From: Flaccisagitta enflata
Taxonomy: Eukaryota
Assembly (NCBI GenBank): GCA_965153355.1
Contig: OZ231126.1
Coordinates: 31,558,001-31,622,000 of the forward strand
Direction of reading: 5' to 3'
Length of the DNA: 64,000 nt
This document shows positions 41,221 to 54,297 of this stretch, piece by piece. The notes under the pieces are model-generated. The model was not told the DNA's origin. It saw only the letters and a list, made by a program, of their open reading frames with translations, and ran no database searches. The stretch's first letter is position 1. Every line of letters starts with the position of its first letter. Both the position numbers and the translations under genes were made by a program.

Positions 41221-41452
41221 TATGCAGCTTCGAAAAGGGTTTTTGAAGGGGCGGTCGAATCCGATCGATGTGATCTATTTTTTCGTCCATCCGGTGGACG
41301 AAATGGTGATGCCTTATTTCGCCTGATCGAAACAAAAAGTCGATACGAAATGAGACAATGAGCGGCAATGATGCCATTATCAATGGTACACAATGGTGCC
41401 AATCGATTTCCCTATCTTTTTTCTCTTCCTTACCCTCTTCCTCATCAAATGC

Positions 41453-41529
<77 letters not shown>

Positions 41530-41533
41530 CTCT

Positions 41534-41569
<36 letters not shown>

Positions 41570-41759
41570 GGTTGTCTAAACGAAAAAATATATACTCTTT
41601 GCCATGATAGGTTTTAAGTTCCCTGACTGCTGAGCTCCCATTGGAATGTGTGGCAACCCTCCGCAAAAGAGTCTCAGTGAGGTCGAGAGCTATCTGGTTT
41701 TCCTTCTCTCTTGTGTTGGAGACGCATTTAGCAAGTTTTCCGAGGTAGACATTCCAATA

Positions 41760-42092
41760 ACTAGAAATTAAGAGGAGGACGGAAATAAATAGTGTCGTCA
41801 GTCAGTCAGTAGTGGGTCTTTTAGAAAACGCAATGAAACGAGAATAAATAGCTATTTGAAATTCTGGTGGAGGCAGCAATCAAATGACTAGAAGTTAAAA
41901 CAGACACGGAAATAAATAGTGTCGTTAGTCAGTAGGTAGTGAGTCATTTAAAAGAATCAACGACGCAAGAATAAATAACTAATCTAAAAGCAATAATCAG
42001 ATGACTAGAAGTTGAAACAGACGCGGAAATAAATAGTATGGTCAGTCAGTCAGTAGTGAGTCATTTAAATATCAACGAAGCGAGAATAAATA
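41760..42092. repeat. ~120-bp tandem repeat, about 3 copies, abutting the Tx1 3' end
   Basis: actagaa...ggaaataaatagt...agtcagt...gaataaata recurs three times. Confidence 0.75.
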
Positions 42093-45000
42093 ACCGACCG
42101 ACCCAGCAAGCCGGCCACCAGGACGCGAGACTCGAATAATGCCACACTTCCCTCGAGTCTCGCAGTGTACCACTCTTCCACCAACTCCTTCTTGAGACTA
42201 TGGAGAAAGTGGGACCAGATCCGATCCACAGTTTCTCCAAAGCCTCCTGCTCTCACAGCTCTAAGGGACATCACCGCTGATCGGAGGGTAAAACCCAGTC
42301 TGTTACGTAAGGCAGTCCCCCTATCCCTTCCCTCCCTACCCAGGGCCATTTCTACCACTTCCACCTTTCTCTCTCCTCCCAGCGCCTCAATCTCTACACC
42401 TAGCTTTCTCCACAACTCCTTAACTATGGCACACTCCGTGACCACGTGCCATCTCCTCCTGGCCCATTGCCCACACAATGTACAAGTCCCATCCCCTCTG
42501 GCAATATAGGCATAGTCCATGTATGCAGTCCAAAAATTCAGGTTAAGTTGCCTCCAGACTTGGGATCTCACTTTGAAAGAACAATTTGACTCGTGTACTC
42601 TCTTCCAAATATCCGTCCATGTCACTATCACTCCTAGTGCCTGCTCCCACTTTTCTTCAAAATGTCTAGGATTGTCCACCTTGGCTCTAAAGCTGAGGTA
42701 GAGCTCTTTGTAAGAGGCCAACCTCACATCTTTATCACCAGCTGGACCTGACAGAATGTAGTGGGGTCTGTCACTCAGAGGGACAGGGGGGATTCTTTGT
42801 CTGAGGTACACCAGTTCAAACCATTGCTCTCTTGTAAGTCCCAGGCCTGAAAGACTGTCCCCACTCTTAGGATGCCCTTGCGGGTCATCCAGGGTTTGGG
42901 TGTTAAAGGGAGGCCTGCCTCATCGGTTATCATGTGGTTATGAAAGATGTGGTCATGTCCTAGCTTACCCAACCCACCTTGTGCCCTAACGGTTAGCATG
43001 GACCAAGCTTTTATTGCCTCCCAGTAAAAACCACCAGGGGCCATGGTACTCCCTGCAGTTCTTGAGCGCAGCTTCAGCTGTCCCAAGTCTGCCTGGAGGA
43101 CCTCTAGCCCACGGTAGCCGGCAGCATGACAGCCAATCAATTCTCCTGCCAATAGCCTGGGAAAGGAATCCCATGGCATTGCCAGGAGTTTGGCCAGCCA
43201 TGCTACTCTCTGGGCCCTCACCTTGTCCCTAACGTCCGCCAGTTGGGCACCTCCTAAGCCGTATGAGTCCCTTAGCCTTGCTGCCGACACCTCCGGTCTA
43301 CCTCTAAAGACCCAAGCTGCCACCTGTCTTTCTACCTCCTGGTACCCTACGGCGCCGGCAATATCAGGCAAGGGGGGAAAGATTGCGGTCCTATACCACA
43401 GCCTTGAATAGAGAAACATGTTCGCCACCTTGACCTTGCCAAGCTTGGACAGTGGACGACAACGCCACGCCCTTAATTTGGCCAAGATGGAGACATAATG
43501 CTCCTCAAAATTCGCAGCCGCAGCAGTAGAGTCCCCAATCCATACCCCCAGCACTTTAATGCGAGTGCTTTTCCAGGTGAAGCCATAAGGTTTGTCTCCT
43601 CTGCCTCTCCACCTACCTAGCCATAACCCCTCTGTCTTCTGCTGATTCAACTTGGACCCCGAGGCACGCTCAAAGAGACGTACCTCGCTCAAGAGGGCAC
43701 CCATTGACCCCACCGTTGACACGAAAACTTGCGTGTCGTCGGCATACCCACCTACCTTCTTCTCCGTCCCTGCAACTGTGATCCCTCTGATGTTGGAGTT
43801 CCTCCTTATCTGACTTGCCATAACCTCGGCCACCATAACATAAATGTGGCCGGACGGAGAATCCCCCTGCCGGTTTCCCCTCCCAATTTGTACCAAATCA
43901 CTCATCTCCCCATTAACCAGGACCCTGCTGTAGACCCCACTATAAAAGATCCTAACCCATTTGACAAAATCATCCCCATATCCCATTTTAGCCATAACCC
44001 GGAGCATAAACCCATGTTCCACCCGGTCAAAGCACTTCTCTTGATCAAGAAACAGCACAGCACCTTCGGTGCCAGTGCCGTCACAATACTCGACAACATC
44101 CCTCAATATGTGGATGTTGTCGCCGATGTGACGCCCAGGCACACAGGTTTGATCCTCATGTATTAGTTCAGGCAAAACAGCTGCCATGCGTCTCGCGATA
44201 GTTTTGCTGATAATTTTATAATCAGCGTTGACTGAGGATATGGGCCGGTAATTTCGAACATCCAAACGGTCACCCTTTTTATAGAGCAACCTTATGATAG
44301 CCCCAGCCATAGACTTAGTCAGCTGACCACTGCTGTAGATATGATCCACCACCATTTTGTACAAGTCGCACACGTCACCCCAGAATACCTTCCAAAATTC
44401 AGCAGGAAAGCCATCTGAACCAGGCGACTTTCCATTTTGGAGGGTTCTGAGAGACTCCCCGAGCTCTCGCACAGTCACCACCGCATCACACCGTTCACGG
44501 GAGGTGTCCGATAGTGTCTTTGTCAATGAGCCCAAGGCTTCGTTGCGTGCTTGGTCATCGTCACCCTGACTAGTAAAAAGGTCCGTATAAAACTCGTGCG
44601 CTATGTTTAGTACTCCTTCAGTGCCATATCTAACTCTCCCCTGGCTGTCTTTCAATGCGTATATCAGGTTCCTACCTGAAGCTGATTTCTCCATCCTGCT
44701 GATATACGCAATCCCGGGCTCTTTCCCTTCAAAATTCGGCACCCTTGCCCTTACCCTGCACCCCTCCGCCCTCCTTGCCTCTTCCTTTTCTAACAAGTGG
44801 TAGATCCTCTTCAATTCCTCCCTCGCCTGCTCCTCCTCTAGGCCGTACATCACCCTAGTCTCTAACTCCTCCTTTTCACGCATCAAAGCCGACACATACC
44901 ACCTCCTCTTACACTCTTTCTCCTTACTGTACTGCACCGCTTCCGTTTTTAGGGAGAACTTGAAGTGGTCCCACCACTGTCCTGGGTCCTGCCATTCCTG

Positions 45001-45840
45001 CCACTCCTTGTCCTGTTTGACCTCCCTGATTCTACCCCGTACAAGTTCAATGAAAGACCAGTCTTTCAACAGGCTCGCATTGAACTTCCAATATCCCCTC
45101 CCTACCTCTATCTGCTCATTGATCTCCAACTCACCCAACCTGTGCCCTCCTTCTTCTCCCAGTACTCGCAGGTACTGGCACCCCTTAACCCTCCCCTCTA
45201 GCTCACCACTCACGTAAAACCTATCTATCCTACTCCTTGCATGGCCCACGAAGGAATACCCCCTATCATCTGGATGTAAGAGTCTGTAAGGGTCAGAAAG
45301 TTCAAGTCCACTGATGATCGTCCCCAACTTTGCCCCCTGTCTCACATCATACACATTCATCAGCTCAGTGTCCCTGTCCCTTGGGTCCGTCACAAAGTTA
45401 AAATCCCCCATAACTACCGTCGGGACCATGCTATCCACGGCCCCTTCCATCTCACCCAACCATTCCTGGCGACCCGCAGGGTAGCCATACACCACCACCA
45501 GGTCGAAAATCGACCCATACACCAGACTCCTGACCCTAACAGCCAGGACTCTGCCACCAAGCATGACCCGCTCCGCCTAAACCTCGTACTCCCGTGAGAT
45601 CACCAAGGCCACACCCGCATATGAGTCGTCCAAATCTGGCGGAGAACATATCACAGTATAACGTTCAGCAATATCACGAAAAGCCTGACAGAAATCCTGC
45701 ATGCACTGACAATGAGTTTCCTGTAATGCCAAAGCCACCACATCACTGTTAGCAGAGAGAAAAGACAGGAGCCAGTTGCCCTTCATTTGGCCCCTGGCTC
45801 CCCTCTTTAAACCCCCTGCATTATACGTCAAAAACCGCAT
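42065..45840 (-). pseudogene. Tx1-like ORF2 (APE-RT-zinc finger) with an in-frame TAG at ~45577 and a frameshift near 42800
   Basis: Three consecutive ORF pieces (45577-45870, 42775-45564, 42065-42811) form one collinear APE-RT protein. Confidence 0.88.
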
Positions 45841-46030
45841 AATGCGGGCAAAAAAGGCAAACAAAACCAACAGGCCCCCACATACAGCGGGGCCCCCTTA
45901 CACAAGCGCCCGGAGGCGGCCCTGCATAAGCAGGAGAAAAAACGCACACCAAGCGGCAAAAAAAAGCCGGCAGGAAAAAAAACAGAAAAGGAACAAGGAA
46001 ACACGGAGGAGGAAAAAAGGAACACAAACA

Positions 46031-46114
<84 letters not shown>

Positions 46115-46388
46115 CAAAGGGAGAGAGAGAGAGATCCAGAGCAGACAAAAAGCAGCCAAAAGCAGCAACCAAAAGGCAACGGCCACACAGCAGCAAGGCA
46201 GAAAAAGGGCAAACGACCAGGACAGGCCAAACACAGCCAAAGGCCAAACAGTAAGCCAAAAGGCGCAAAACACGGGCAGCAAAAGGCCAAAAGGCCACAA
46301 GAGGCAAAGAACGCAAAAAAAGAGGCCAAACGGCCCAATGAGGCAAAAAAGCCCAAAGAGGCAAAAAAGAGGCAAAAAGCCCGCCAAC

Positions 46389-48782
46389 TTACCGCGCCGT
46401 GGCTCCCGGTTTTGGTGCGATAATCCTCTTTCTACACTCAATAATCACAGCTCTCTGTTTTTTCAAAACGTCATCGCCTTTTAAACCTTTCTCCATTAGT
46501 TTCTGTTTTTCCTGTGACATGCCGAGCGAAACGAGAGTGTTCATATTTTGCGCATATTCCAAAAAATAGTCATCCGTCAGCTTTGCCTTTTTTTGCGATT
46601 CACTTTTGTCTCTCGCAGTAACAGTGGAAGCTGCGGTCTTCCTTTTGATAGATGTGGATCTACCACGCCCTGCACCGTTCACCACGCCGCCCATCGCGCC
46701 ACCTGTCGTCATGACTGGCGTGACTGCCAGCGCCGTTGGACCGGAAGTCGGAGTCGCGAAAGTTGGCTCCAGATTGGTTGAGGATGCGCTGGTTGCTGCT
46801 GCTGCTGCTACCCCGGAAGATGCTGCCGCTGCTGCGGAAAATGATGCCGCTGCTGCTGTTGCTGTCGGTGAAGAGGCCACATTTGCGAAGGATTTCTTCC
46901 TTAGCTCCGCCAAGGCCGCTGTTGCTGCTGCTTCTCCTGCTGCTATCGCCACAGCACTCGGTCTCGAGGCATCGTCTGCTGCTGCTGCATCCGCCGCTGC
47001 TCTTGTTGCTGCCGCGTCAGCCGCCTCGCATGCTTTTGCTGCAACAATGATGTCCGATGGAATCTGTGATGAGTCGTCGAAGTTTGGTTGTTGGAGAAGG
47101 GCGTCGAAGTTGACATCATTGAGGTCGACTGTCGCCGCTATCTCCGCTGGTGAAGCCCCTAGGTCACGAATGCCGTCGCCCGCGATGGTTTTCACCACTT
47201 CCGGTGTAAGCTGAGGAGGCGTCGGTGGGGAGACTTGGTCAATTCCGCTCCCAGGAAGAGGTGAGAGATGGTGCTGTTGCTGTTGTTGTTGCTGTTGCTG
47301 CAGTCTCCTTTTCTCTTTTTGGTTGAGCTTTTTTTGCTGCGACTTAGTGAGCGCGCTGCTGCTGCTGCTGCTACTGTTGATGTTGGTTGTTGATGGTGGT
47401 GGCGTTGCTGATGACGATGCTGTTGCTGCTGCTGCCGCCGCTGTGATTGTCGTTGCAGCCGCAATTAGCCCGTTGTTACTGCTGCTGCTGCTGCTGCTGC
47501 TGTTGCTGCCGACGTGAGGTGTTGCTGGATGTTGTTGGATGGAAGGAGGACAGATTCTGCCTTGGTGCAGACGCGTGCACCTGTGGCATCCTACCTTATA
47601 GTGGAGTCTGACCCCAGCATATGCTCTTTCCGCGAGTTTGAAAGAGCCGAGAATATCCTTCCCGGTTTTTTCAAGGACAGATGTCTTGATGGCATCCAGG
47701 ACCCCCTTTGTCCCCTTCTTACTCAGATGGACGTCATCGTCATCCTCAAAGTCGTCATCTTCGAGGTCGAGGTGATGAAGAGGGATGAAGCTAGCGCCAG
47801 CCTTTGTGGCGCAGCGCTTCATCTCTGCGCGGAGGAAACGAGGCTCATCTGCTTCTTCCCCATCTGGGATGATGCCGCAGACAGGGTCGACGACAAAGAC
47901 TTCCTTGTCATCCTTGTACGGTTGAAGAGCTTGAGCAAGCATGTCGGTTTGAGCTGTTGCTGTAACTTTTAACTCTGCCATCGAGTCACCCCCCATATTG
48001 GCCCCTGCCCAAACCACAACGACTTCCGCTTTCGGCAGGATGCTGACGTCGTTGTCAATGTGACCAATTCTTGCTCCCGGGATGCAGTCAAATCGCGCCT
48101 TATCCGTGTCAACAGCACGTCGTAGCATGGAGGACGAGACGAAGAGGAACTTCTGTTGTCCCTCCTTCTTTTCCCAATTATTTCTATACTTTTCGCGTTT
48201 GGGACAATTGCCATCGTCGTGCCAAATGGCACACTGACGACAATGATATGGTTGGGTATTATATGTCACCCAAAAATCCGCTTCCTTTCCATCTTCAAAC
48301 TTCCAGGTAAGGTTCCGGTCGATGTGGTCACCAAGCTCCACTCTTACCTCTCTCATCCCATTCAGAACGATCGACTTGAAGTGAGTAGCGCGTTTTGTCG
48401 GAACGAGGATAGTGGCACCTAGATCTTGAAAAAACTTGTCAAAATCCTTATTCTCCACTTCGTTTAGGACGCCCCTGCAAACGTCATGGATTTTGATCCA
48501 TACATTCTTCGCTGGATTGGTCTCGCGTAATGGGATGTCAAACTTGCGATGACCTTCTTCGACGCGAAGTTGGAAATTGGTAAGGAAATTCCTAGCCTCG
48601 TTGGATTGAGCCGTGACAATAAAGACGCCACGACGACGTTGGTCTTTTACAACCTGAATTCCATGTATACCGTTAGATTGTTTTTCCAAATGTTGAACGA
48701 CCTTGTTGACGGTCATGTTCCACTGCGAGGGAACACCGCTGAGGCCCGTGAAATCAAGGGTGAATTCCTTATCCACCCCCAT
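46389..48782 (-). CDS. Tx1-like ORF1: RRM-like region, Cys/His knuckle, SGNH esterase-like domain, second knuckle, disordered tail
   Basis: VTYNTQPYHCRQCAIWHDDGNCP knuckle; SGNH blocks VSSSML / IPGARI / WAGANM / DDVHLSKKG; CHRCTRLHQGRIC. Confidence 0.8.
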   Translation of the reverse strand: MGVDKEFTLDFTGLSGVPSQWNMTVNKVVQHLEKQSNGIHGIQVVKDQRRRGVFIVTAQSNEARNFLTNFQLRVEEGHRKFDIPLRETNPAKNVWIKIHDVCRGVLNEVENKDFDKFFQDLGATILVPTKRATHFKSIVLNGMREVRVELGDHIDRNLTWKFEDGKEADFWVTYNTQPYHCRQCAIWHDDGNCPKREKYRNNWEKKEGQQKFLFVSSSMLRRAVDTDKARFDCIPGARIGHIDNDVSILPKAEVVVVWAGANMGGDSMAELKVTATAQTDMLAQALQPYKDDKEVFVVDPVCGIIPDGEEADEPRFLRAEMKRCATKAGASFIPLHHLDLEDDDFEDDDDVHLSKKGTKGVLDAIKTSVLEKTGKDILGSFKLAERAYAGVRLHYKVGCHRCTRLHQGRICPPSIQQHPATPHVGSNSSSSSSSSNNGLIAAATTITAAAAAATASSSATPPPSTTNINSSSSSSSALTKSQQKKLNQKEKRRLQQQQQQQQQHHLSPLPGSGIDQVSPPTPPQLTPEVVKTIAGDGIRDLGASPAEIAATVDLNDVNFDALLQQPNFDDSSQIPSDIIVAAKACEAADAAATRAAADAAAADDASRPSAVAIAAGEAAATAALAELRKKSFANVASSPTATAAAASFSAAAAASSGVAAAAATSASSTNLEPTFATPTSGPTALAVTPVMTTGGAMGGVVNGAGRGRSTSIKRKTAASTVTARDKSESQKKAKLTDDYFLEYAQNMNTLVSLGMSQEKQKLMEKGLKGDDVLKKQRAVIIECRKRIIAPKPGATAR

Positions 48783-49529
48783 CGCAAAGCCGGGAAGAGG
48801 CGGCGTCGATGAGGAGGAGGCGTTGGAGAGGAAGAGACGTTGAAGAGGAAGAGACGTTGAGAAGGAAGAGATGTTGAAGAGGAAGAGACGTTGAGGATGA
48901 AGATGCGGAGGATGAAGATGCGGAGGATGAAGGGTCGGAATATGCCGGGACGTGGCACCGTCAGGAAAGGAAGATGCGCTGAGGCGGTGGAGGAGGCGTC
49001 GAGATGCGGCGCCGTTGAAGAAGAAGACCGGGAATGGAGAGAAGAAGAAGAGGAAACCAATCAGAAGACGGTAGTATCCTATGTTGACTGAACAACATAT
49101 ACGTTCTCTCTCACCTTAGAAAAAGGATAATGATGTCCTGAAGACGGGAAAGCCGGCGTCGTGTCGGCGTCGTGTCGGCGCCGGAAATGGCACCACGAGG
49201 AACGCCGGGAAAACGCCGGAAGAGAGTCGGGGAACGTCAATGAAACGCCAGGGAAACGTGGATGTGGAAGTCGCCTCTTTTATCGTAGACGTAGTATTTT
49301 TATTTACTATTTGACTATTCTAGTCTTTCAATTTATTCGTTTCTAGCCAGCCAGCCGATTCTTTTTATATTTTCTAGCCGTTAATTCAATTAGACGTAGC
49401 TTCTATTTATTACCACTTCTAGTCGTTATTTAATTAGATGTAGCTTATTTATCTATTTATCGTTTATTAAGCCGCTTACGCAATCTCTTATGGCACGAGA
49501 AGAGGACCAGACGTTGTTGTTGTTGTTGC

Positions 49530-49608
<79 letters not shown>

Positions 49609-50035
49609 GAAACACAAAAACAATAAACGCTCGCGTCGAAAAACAATCTCTCAACAAAAAAGAGGGCGATGAAGAAGGGAGGGGAAACAAAATTTACACA
49701 ATTATGTACAAGTCGTTTTGTTGATGTTGTTGTTGTTGTTGACGTTTGTATGAGTCGTATATAATGTTTTGTTTTTGTGAAGTAGACGTAGCAATTAATT
49801 ATCGGATCTTAGGATTTTAGTTATTATTCTCAACACTGTGCTCCTTTAGTTGGAATGGATTAGCGAACGTCGCCGTTGAAAAGGACGCCGTTGTCGCCAA
49901 GGAGACCGGAAGTGACGCAGAGAGCGCCAAAAAGACGCCGACAAGCTAGAATCACCTCAAGATCCTCAAAATTTAATGCTAGAACGGTCCCGTGTCTTGT
50001 CTCGCGCGTAGGAAACAAATTTTAATTGTTTTAAT

Positions 50036-50177
50036 TAGGGATGTGGAAGCGATTGAACGCTTACAATTTGGAGGATGGGATAGCTACTAGTATTTGAACT
50101 GTAAATTGGAAGCGGAAGCGGAAGCGGAAGCGGAAGCGGTGGAAGCGGCTTGAAAATCGACCGCTTCCACATCCCTA
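50036..50177. mobile_element. hAT-type MITE (142 bp)
   Basis: 16-bp TIR TAGGGATGTGGAAGCG, perfect 8-bp TSD GTTTTAAT, internal (GGAAGC)n. Confidence 0.9.
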
Positions 50178-50854
50178 GTTTTAATTAAGCAAATATGCGG
50201 GAATGAAAGGTTGAGCGTTGTTTGAATGCAACTGAAATGCGGCCACGGTATACGTAGAGTCTTAAATGGGAATGTCTTAAATGCAATCTGCGGGAAATCT
50301 TATCTCTTATCGTCCTCTCCTCGAAAAAGTGACCATTTTGACCCAACTCGAAAATATTGCCCAAAAACCGATTCGAAACAAAGTCGAAACATATCGAAGC
50401 TGCTTAATAGATAGATAGATGGATACTTGCCGATGGATAGATGCTAGAAAGAGTTTGCTTCCCCAATTTGCTCACAGTAATGATGAGTTGGTAACTTGCC
50501 TGAATAGGCTATCCTTTCCGGAATCTACTTCGATATAAGAATTCCGCTTATTGAGCCGCAAAAAAATCAGCCACAATACGTTCACCGTTCTTTTTTTTTT
50601 CTGCAAAGAAATCAAGAAGACAAAAAATGAGCCCAACGGTGAAAACCCTACTGACTCATTGGCATAGTGAAAGTCCGTCATTTGGTCATAGTCTGCAATC
50701 CCAAGGGGAACGCCCCTGACATTGCCATCAGCAATAGTAACAATGTTTTTTTTTTGTAAGGTATCATCAAAACAAAATGTAACAGAATGAGAAATGAAAA
50801 ATGAGAAATGAGAGAACGCGAAAAAAAAGAAACAAATGAATTTTAGTATGTACA

Positions 50855-50938
<84 letters not shown>

Positions 50939-51342
50939 AACAAAAACAAACGGAACCGTAAAAATATGTTTAAGGGGAACGGCAAGAGAGGGAGAGGGGG
51001 AGAGAGGGGGAGGGGGGGGGAGAGGAGAAGGGGGGGGAGAGGAGGAGGGGGGGAGGGGGAGGGAGGGGGGGGAGAGAGAGGGAGGGAGGGAGGGAGAGAG
51101 TGAGGGAGAGTGTAAAACTACATGTGTCGTATGCATAGAATTTGCAAGGGAAGAAAAATGTTGTGGAGATTGTTCCAAGTCATCCATAATCTCGGAAAAG
51201 TTGATAAGTAATTATCAGAATATCGAACCGGGATACGTAGTAAGCAGGAACATAAGGGGAAGACGAGACCACAAGCATTATCAAATAGGATTAAAAGGAT
51301 AACTTCAACTATTTTGAAAAACTGTATGAGGAATATTTTACT

Positions 51343-54297
51343 CTATCTTGATGAAATACATGAACGACAGCCACGAACGTGACATACAAAGTTATGATAA
51401 GGTGCTAATAAATCAGATTTCGACTTCTCTTTGAATGTCGCGATACTTGTAGAATCCTTCAATGAGGAAGAAAGAGAATTCCAACACCTTGGGGCGATGC
51501 TTTTTATTGATTTACCATCCGAGTGACAAACGAAAAAGTTACTCTTTGCCCCTCTAGTAGAATAAACATGCTTCACCGAACTAACCATGGAGGTCATATC
51601 ACCCGGCAGCATATCCTTGGATAACTTAAAAGAAAAAATCCTAACACTCTGAGCAAATAAATCATCAATCTTAAGGGTTGCCAATTCGGCAAAAAGTGGG
51701 TCCGCATGAGAGATCCGGCTTGCACCACATATTATTCTTACCAAACTTTTCCGAAGGGCCAGTAACCGATCCCTTAACCCGAGATTACGATCCCCCTTAA
51801 AATTCCCCCAGTTAAGCAAACAGTACTGAAGATGGGGAAGGACCATTGTATTATACAAAAGGAAAAGTTGGGACTGATTCATAAATCCCCTGGCTCTTGC
51901 AATTATTCCTACTGTCTGACTTATTTTTGACACAATCTTACCAATATGAACCCGCCAGGAGATATTCTTATCAATATAAACCCCAAGGAACTTAGAGTTT
52001 TCGACTTCGCGAATCGCCTTACCATCTATTCTTATGTCCCATCCATCCCCGGCTATGTTTTTTTTTTGGTTTGCTGAAGTTTACAAATTCGGTCTTATCA
52101 TAATTCAAAGTAAGTTTATTGTGCGCAAACCAATCTGACAATTTATCAAGTTCTGAATTTAACCCCCTTAAAAGACTATCCCCACTTTTATCTGATGCAA
52201 AAAGGTTTGTATCGTCAGCAAAAAGGATGTATCTAAAGTAAGACGATGCCGCTGAGAGGTCATTTATATACAAAAGAAAGAAAAGGGGTCCCAATATGCT
52301 GCCTTGAGGAACCCCTACAAGAACCTTCCTGTGGACAGATTCAGAGGTTCCAAAGACAACATACTGCTCCCGGTCACTGAGATAACTTTTTATAAGTTCC
52401 AGGGGCAACCCCCTTATTCCTATATGTTCCATCTTAGCCAAAAGAATTGAATGGTCCACAGTATCAAACGCCTTCTTAAAATCTATAAATACCCCTAAAC
52501 AGTGCTTACCTTCTTCCCATGCTTTTCGGATATTCTCAGCCATATCAAGGATAGCCATGTAGGTGGAATGACCCCGTCTAAAGCCATACTGACTAGTCAA
52601 AAAAGTATTCCGTTTCTCCAAGAATCTAAGAAGTCTTCCTTGTATGATTCTTTCAAAGATTTTCGATAAAGCAGGCAAAACGGAGATGGGTCGATAATTC
52701 CCCAGCTGGGCTGGGTCTCCAGTTTTAAATACCGGTGTTACTCTAGCCAACTTAAGATAGTCAGGAAAATATCCTGTCTCTAGACATCTGTTAATAAACG
52801 CAGATAGTGGTACGCTTATCTCAGCCGCAACATAGCATAGAACACCCGGAGAAATTTCATCATGGCCAGGGCCTTTAGAACAATCAAGGTCCCGGCAGAG
52901 GGACTCAATCTCACCAGGGGAGGTAGGCGCAAAAAAGGCAGATGAGATAGATCGAGGGCCGAGGTAGTCACGGAAAGAGCCTGTTGTCGGCCGCTGAATT
53001 TTCTTAGCTAATTGAGGACCGATACCACTGTAAAATTCACAAAAGGCCTCCGAAATACTATGGTCATCAGTGACCACACCATTACTCGTAGAGAAAGTGC
53101 GGGACGATGGGTCTTTAGTCCGTCCAGTCTTACCTATGAAGTCATGTAGGACCCTCCAAGCTGCCTTGGAGTTTTTTCCAGCTTCATTTAGTTTTCTAGT
53201 GAAGTACGACCTCTTTAGATGCAGCCTAAGGCGACCAACCTCCTTAGTTAAGGACTCAAGGTGGGCCGCCTGTTCTGTCGGAAGTCCATCAGTAGATTTT
53301 AATTTCAGTGGATAGAGCCTGTTCCTTTCCTTAATTTTTTCCTTAAGAGTGTCATCATCCAGCCAAGGTTTCATTAGGTCAATCTTACGCATTTTTACCC
53401 TTTTTTGTGGAAAGCAACCATTATATCCATCCCTTAACTCATTTCTGAGCCTTATTGCACTTTCCACCACTGAAACACCCTCAAGGGAAAAATTCTTACT
53501 CCAGTTTGATACCCACTCTCGAAATTTCTCTTTATTTTTTATCCCAGTCTCCCTTCTTATGACAAATCGGGGACCTTTCTCCAGGTTTATCCCTGATTGG
53601 CCGAATATGGCAAAAGCCGGGAGATGGTCGCTGATTGCAGAAAAAATCATTCCTGACGAAATAGGTCTACAAAAATCATTCGTAAAGATGTTGTCAGTCA
53701 GCGTTGCGCTTGAGGGTGTGATTCTAGATGGAAGTGAAATAAGCGGGTGGAAGCCTACACTATTCATATAATCAAGGAACTTACCAGTGGCGGAATGATG
53801 TTCACTCTTTATTAGATCTAAGTTAAAGTCCCCCATGAGGTAGCACCTCTTGTCCTTTATTTTATCTACTACAGTTTCTAAGTGTTGAGAAAACAATGAT
53901 ACATCAGAGTCCGGGGGACGATATATGACTCCAACTATAAAGCTTCCGCTCTTATCTTTTACTTCTACAAATACAGACTCAAATACACTCTCTACAAAAA
54001 TGTCCAAGTCTGTCCTAGGTTTATAGGTTAGGTGGCGCCTAAGGTAGATGGCAACCCCGCCCCATTTTTTGTTCTTTCTTGAGTTTGCTATCAAATTATA
54101 GCCCCCCAGATTGCCTAATTTTTCGGAGACCTCATTAAAATGTGTTTCAGTAAATCCTAAAATATCAAACTTTGATCTCAGGGTCTCCTGCAGTAATTCA
54201 AAATCCTCTAGCTTCTTTGACAGACCATTTATATTTAAACAGAGCAGTGATAGCTGCCCTCCATTTTTCTTATTAAAGTCCTGTCTCATCTTACAAT
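51343..54297 (-). mobile_element. CR1/L2-group (Crack/Daphne-like) LINE ORF2 (APE-RT), lacking ORF1, one frameshift near 52060
   Basis: CLNINGL, FTETH, IYRPP, GDFNLD, SDHLP, NYRPISVLP, DFKKAFDTVDH, GVPQGSILGP, FADDT; C-terminal part lies in ORF 51343-51933. Confidence 0.88.

Larger units (their letters stand above)
42065..48782 (-). mobile_element. Non-LTR retrotransposon, L1/Tx1 clade, two ORFs; ends not defined
   Basis: ORF1 plus ORF2 (APE FLTYNAGG/LQETH/GDFN/SRIDRFY; RT KSPGSDG, NYRPIS, LDQEKCFDRV, RQGDSPS, YADD; C-terminal CTLC...HVVTEC). Confidence 0.9.

Noticed and set aside
45776-46441. ORFs on both strands in the Tx1 inter-ORF spacer
   Set aside because: Low-complexity purine/pyrimidine-skewed sequence with a (GA)n tract; no domain evidence
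49270-49480. Weak inverted similarity to the 41760-42092 repeats, suggesting a defined target or TIRs around the Tx1 element
   Set aside because: Only short AT-rich motifs are shared; no TSD or poly(A) tail could be identified
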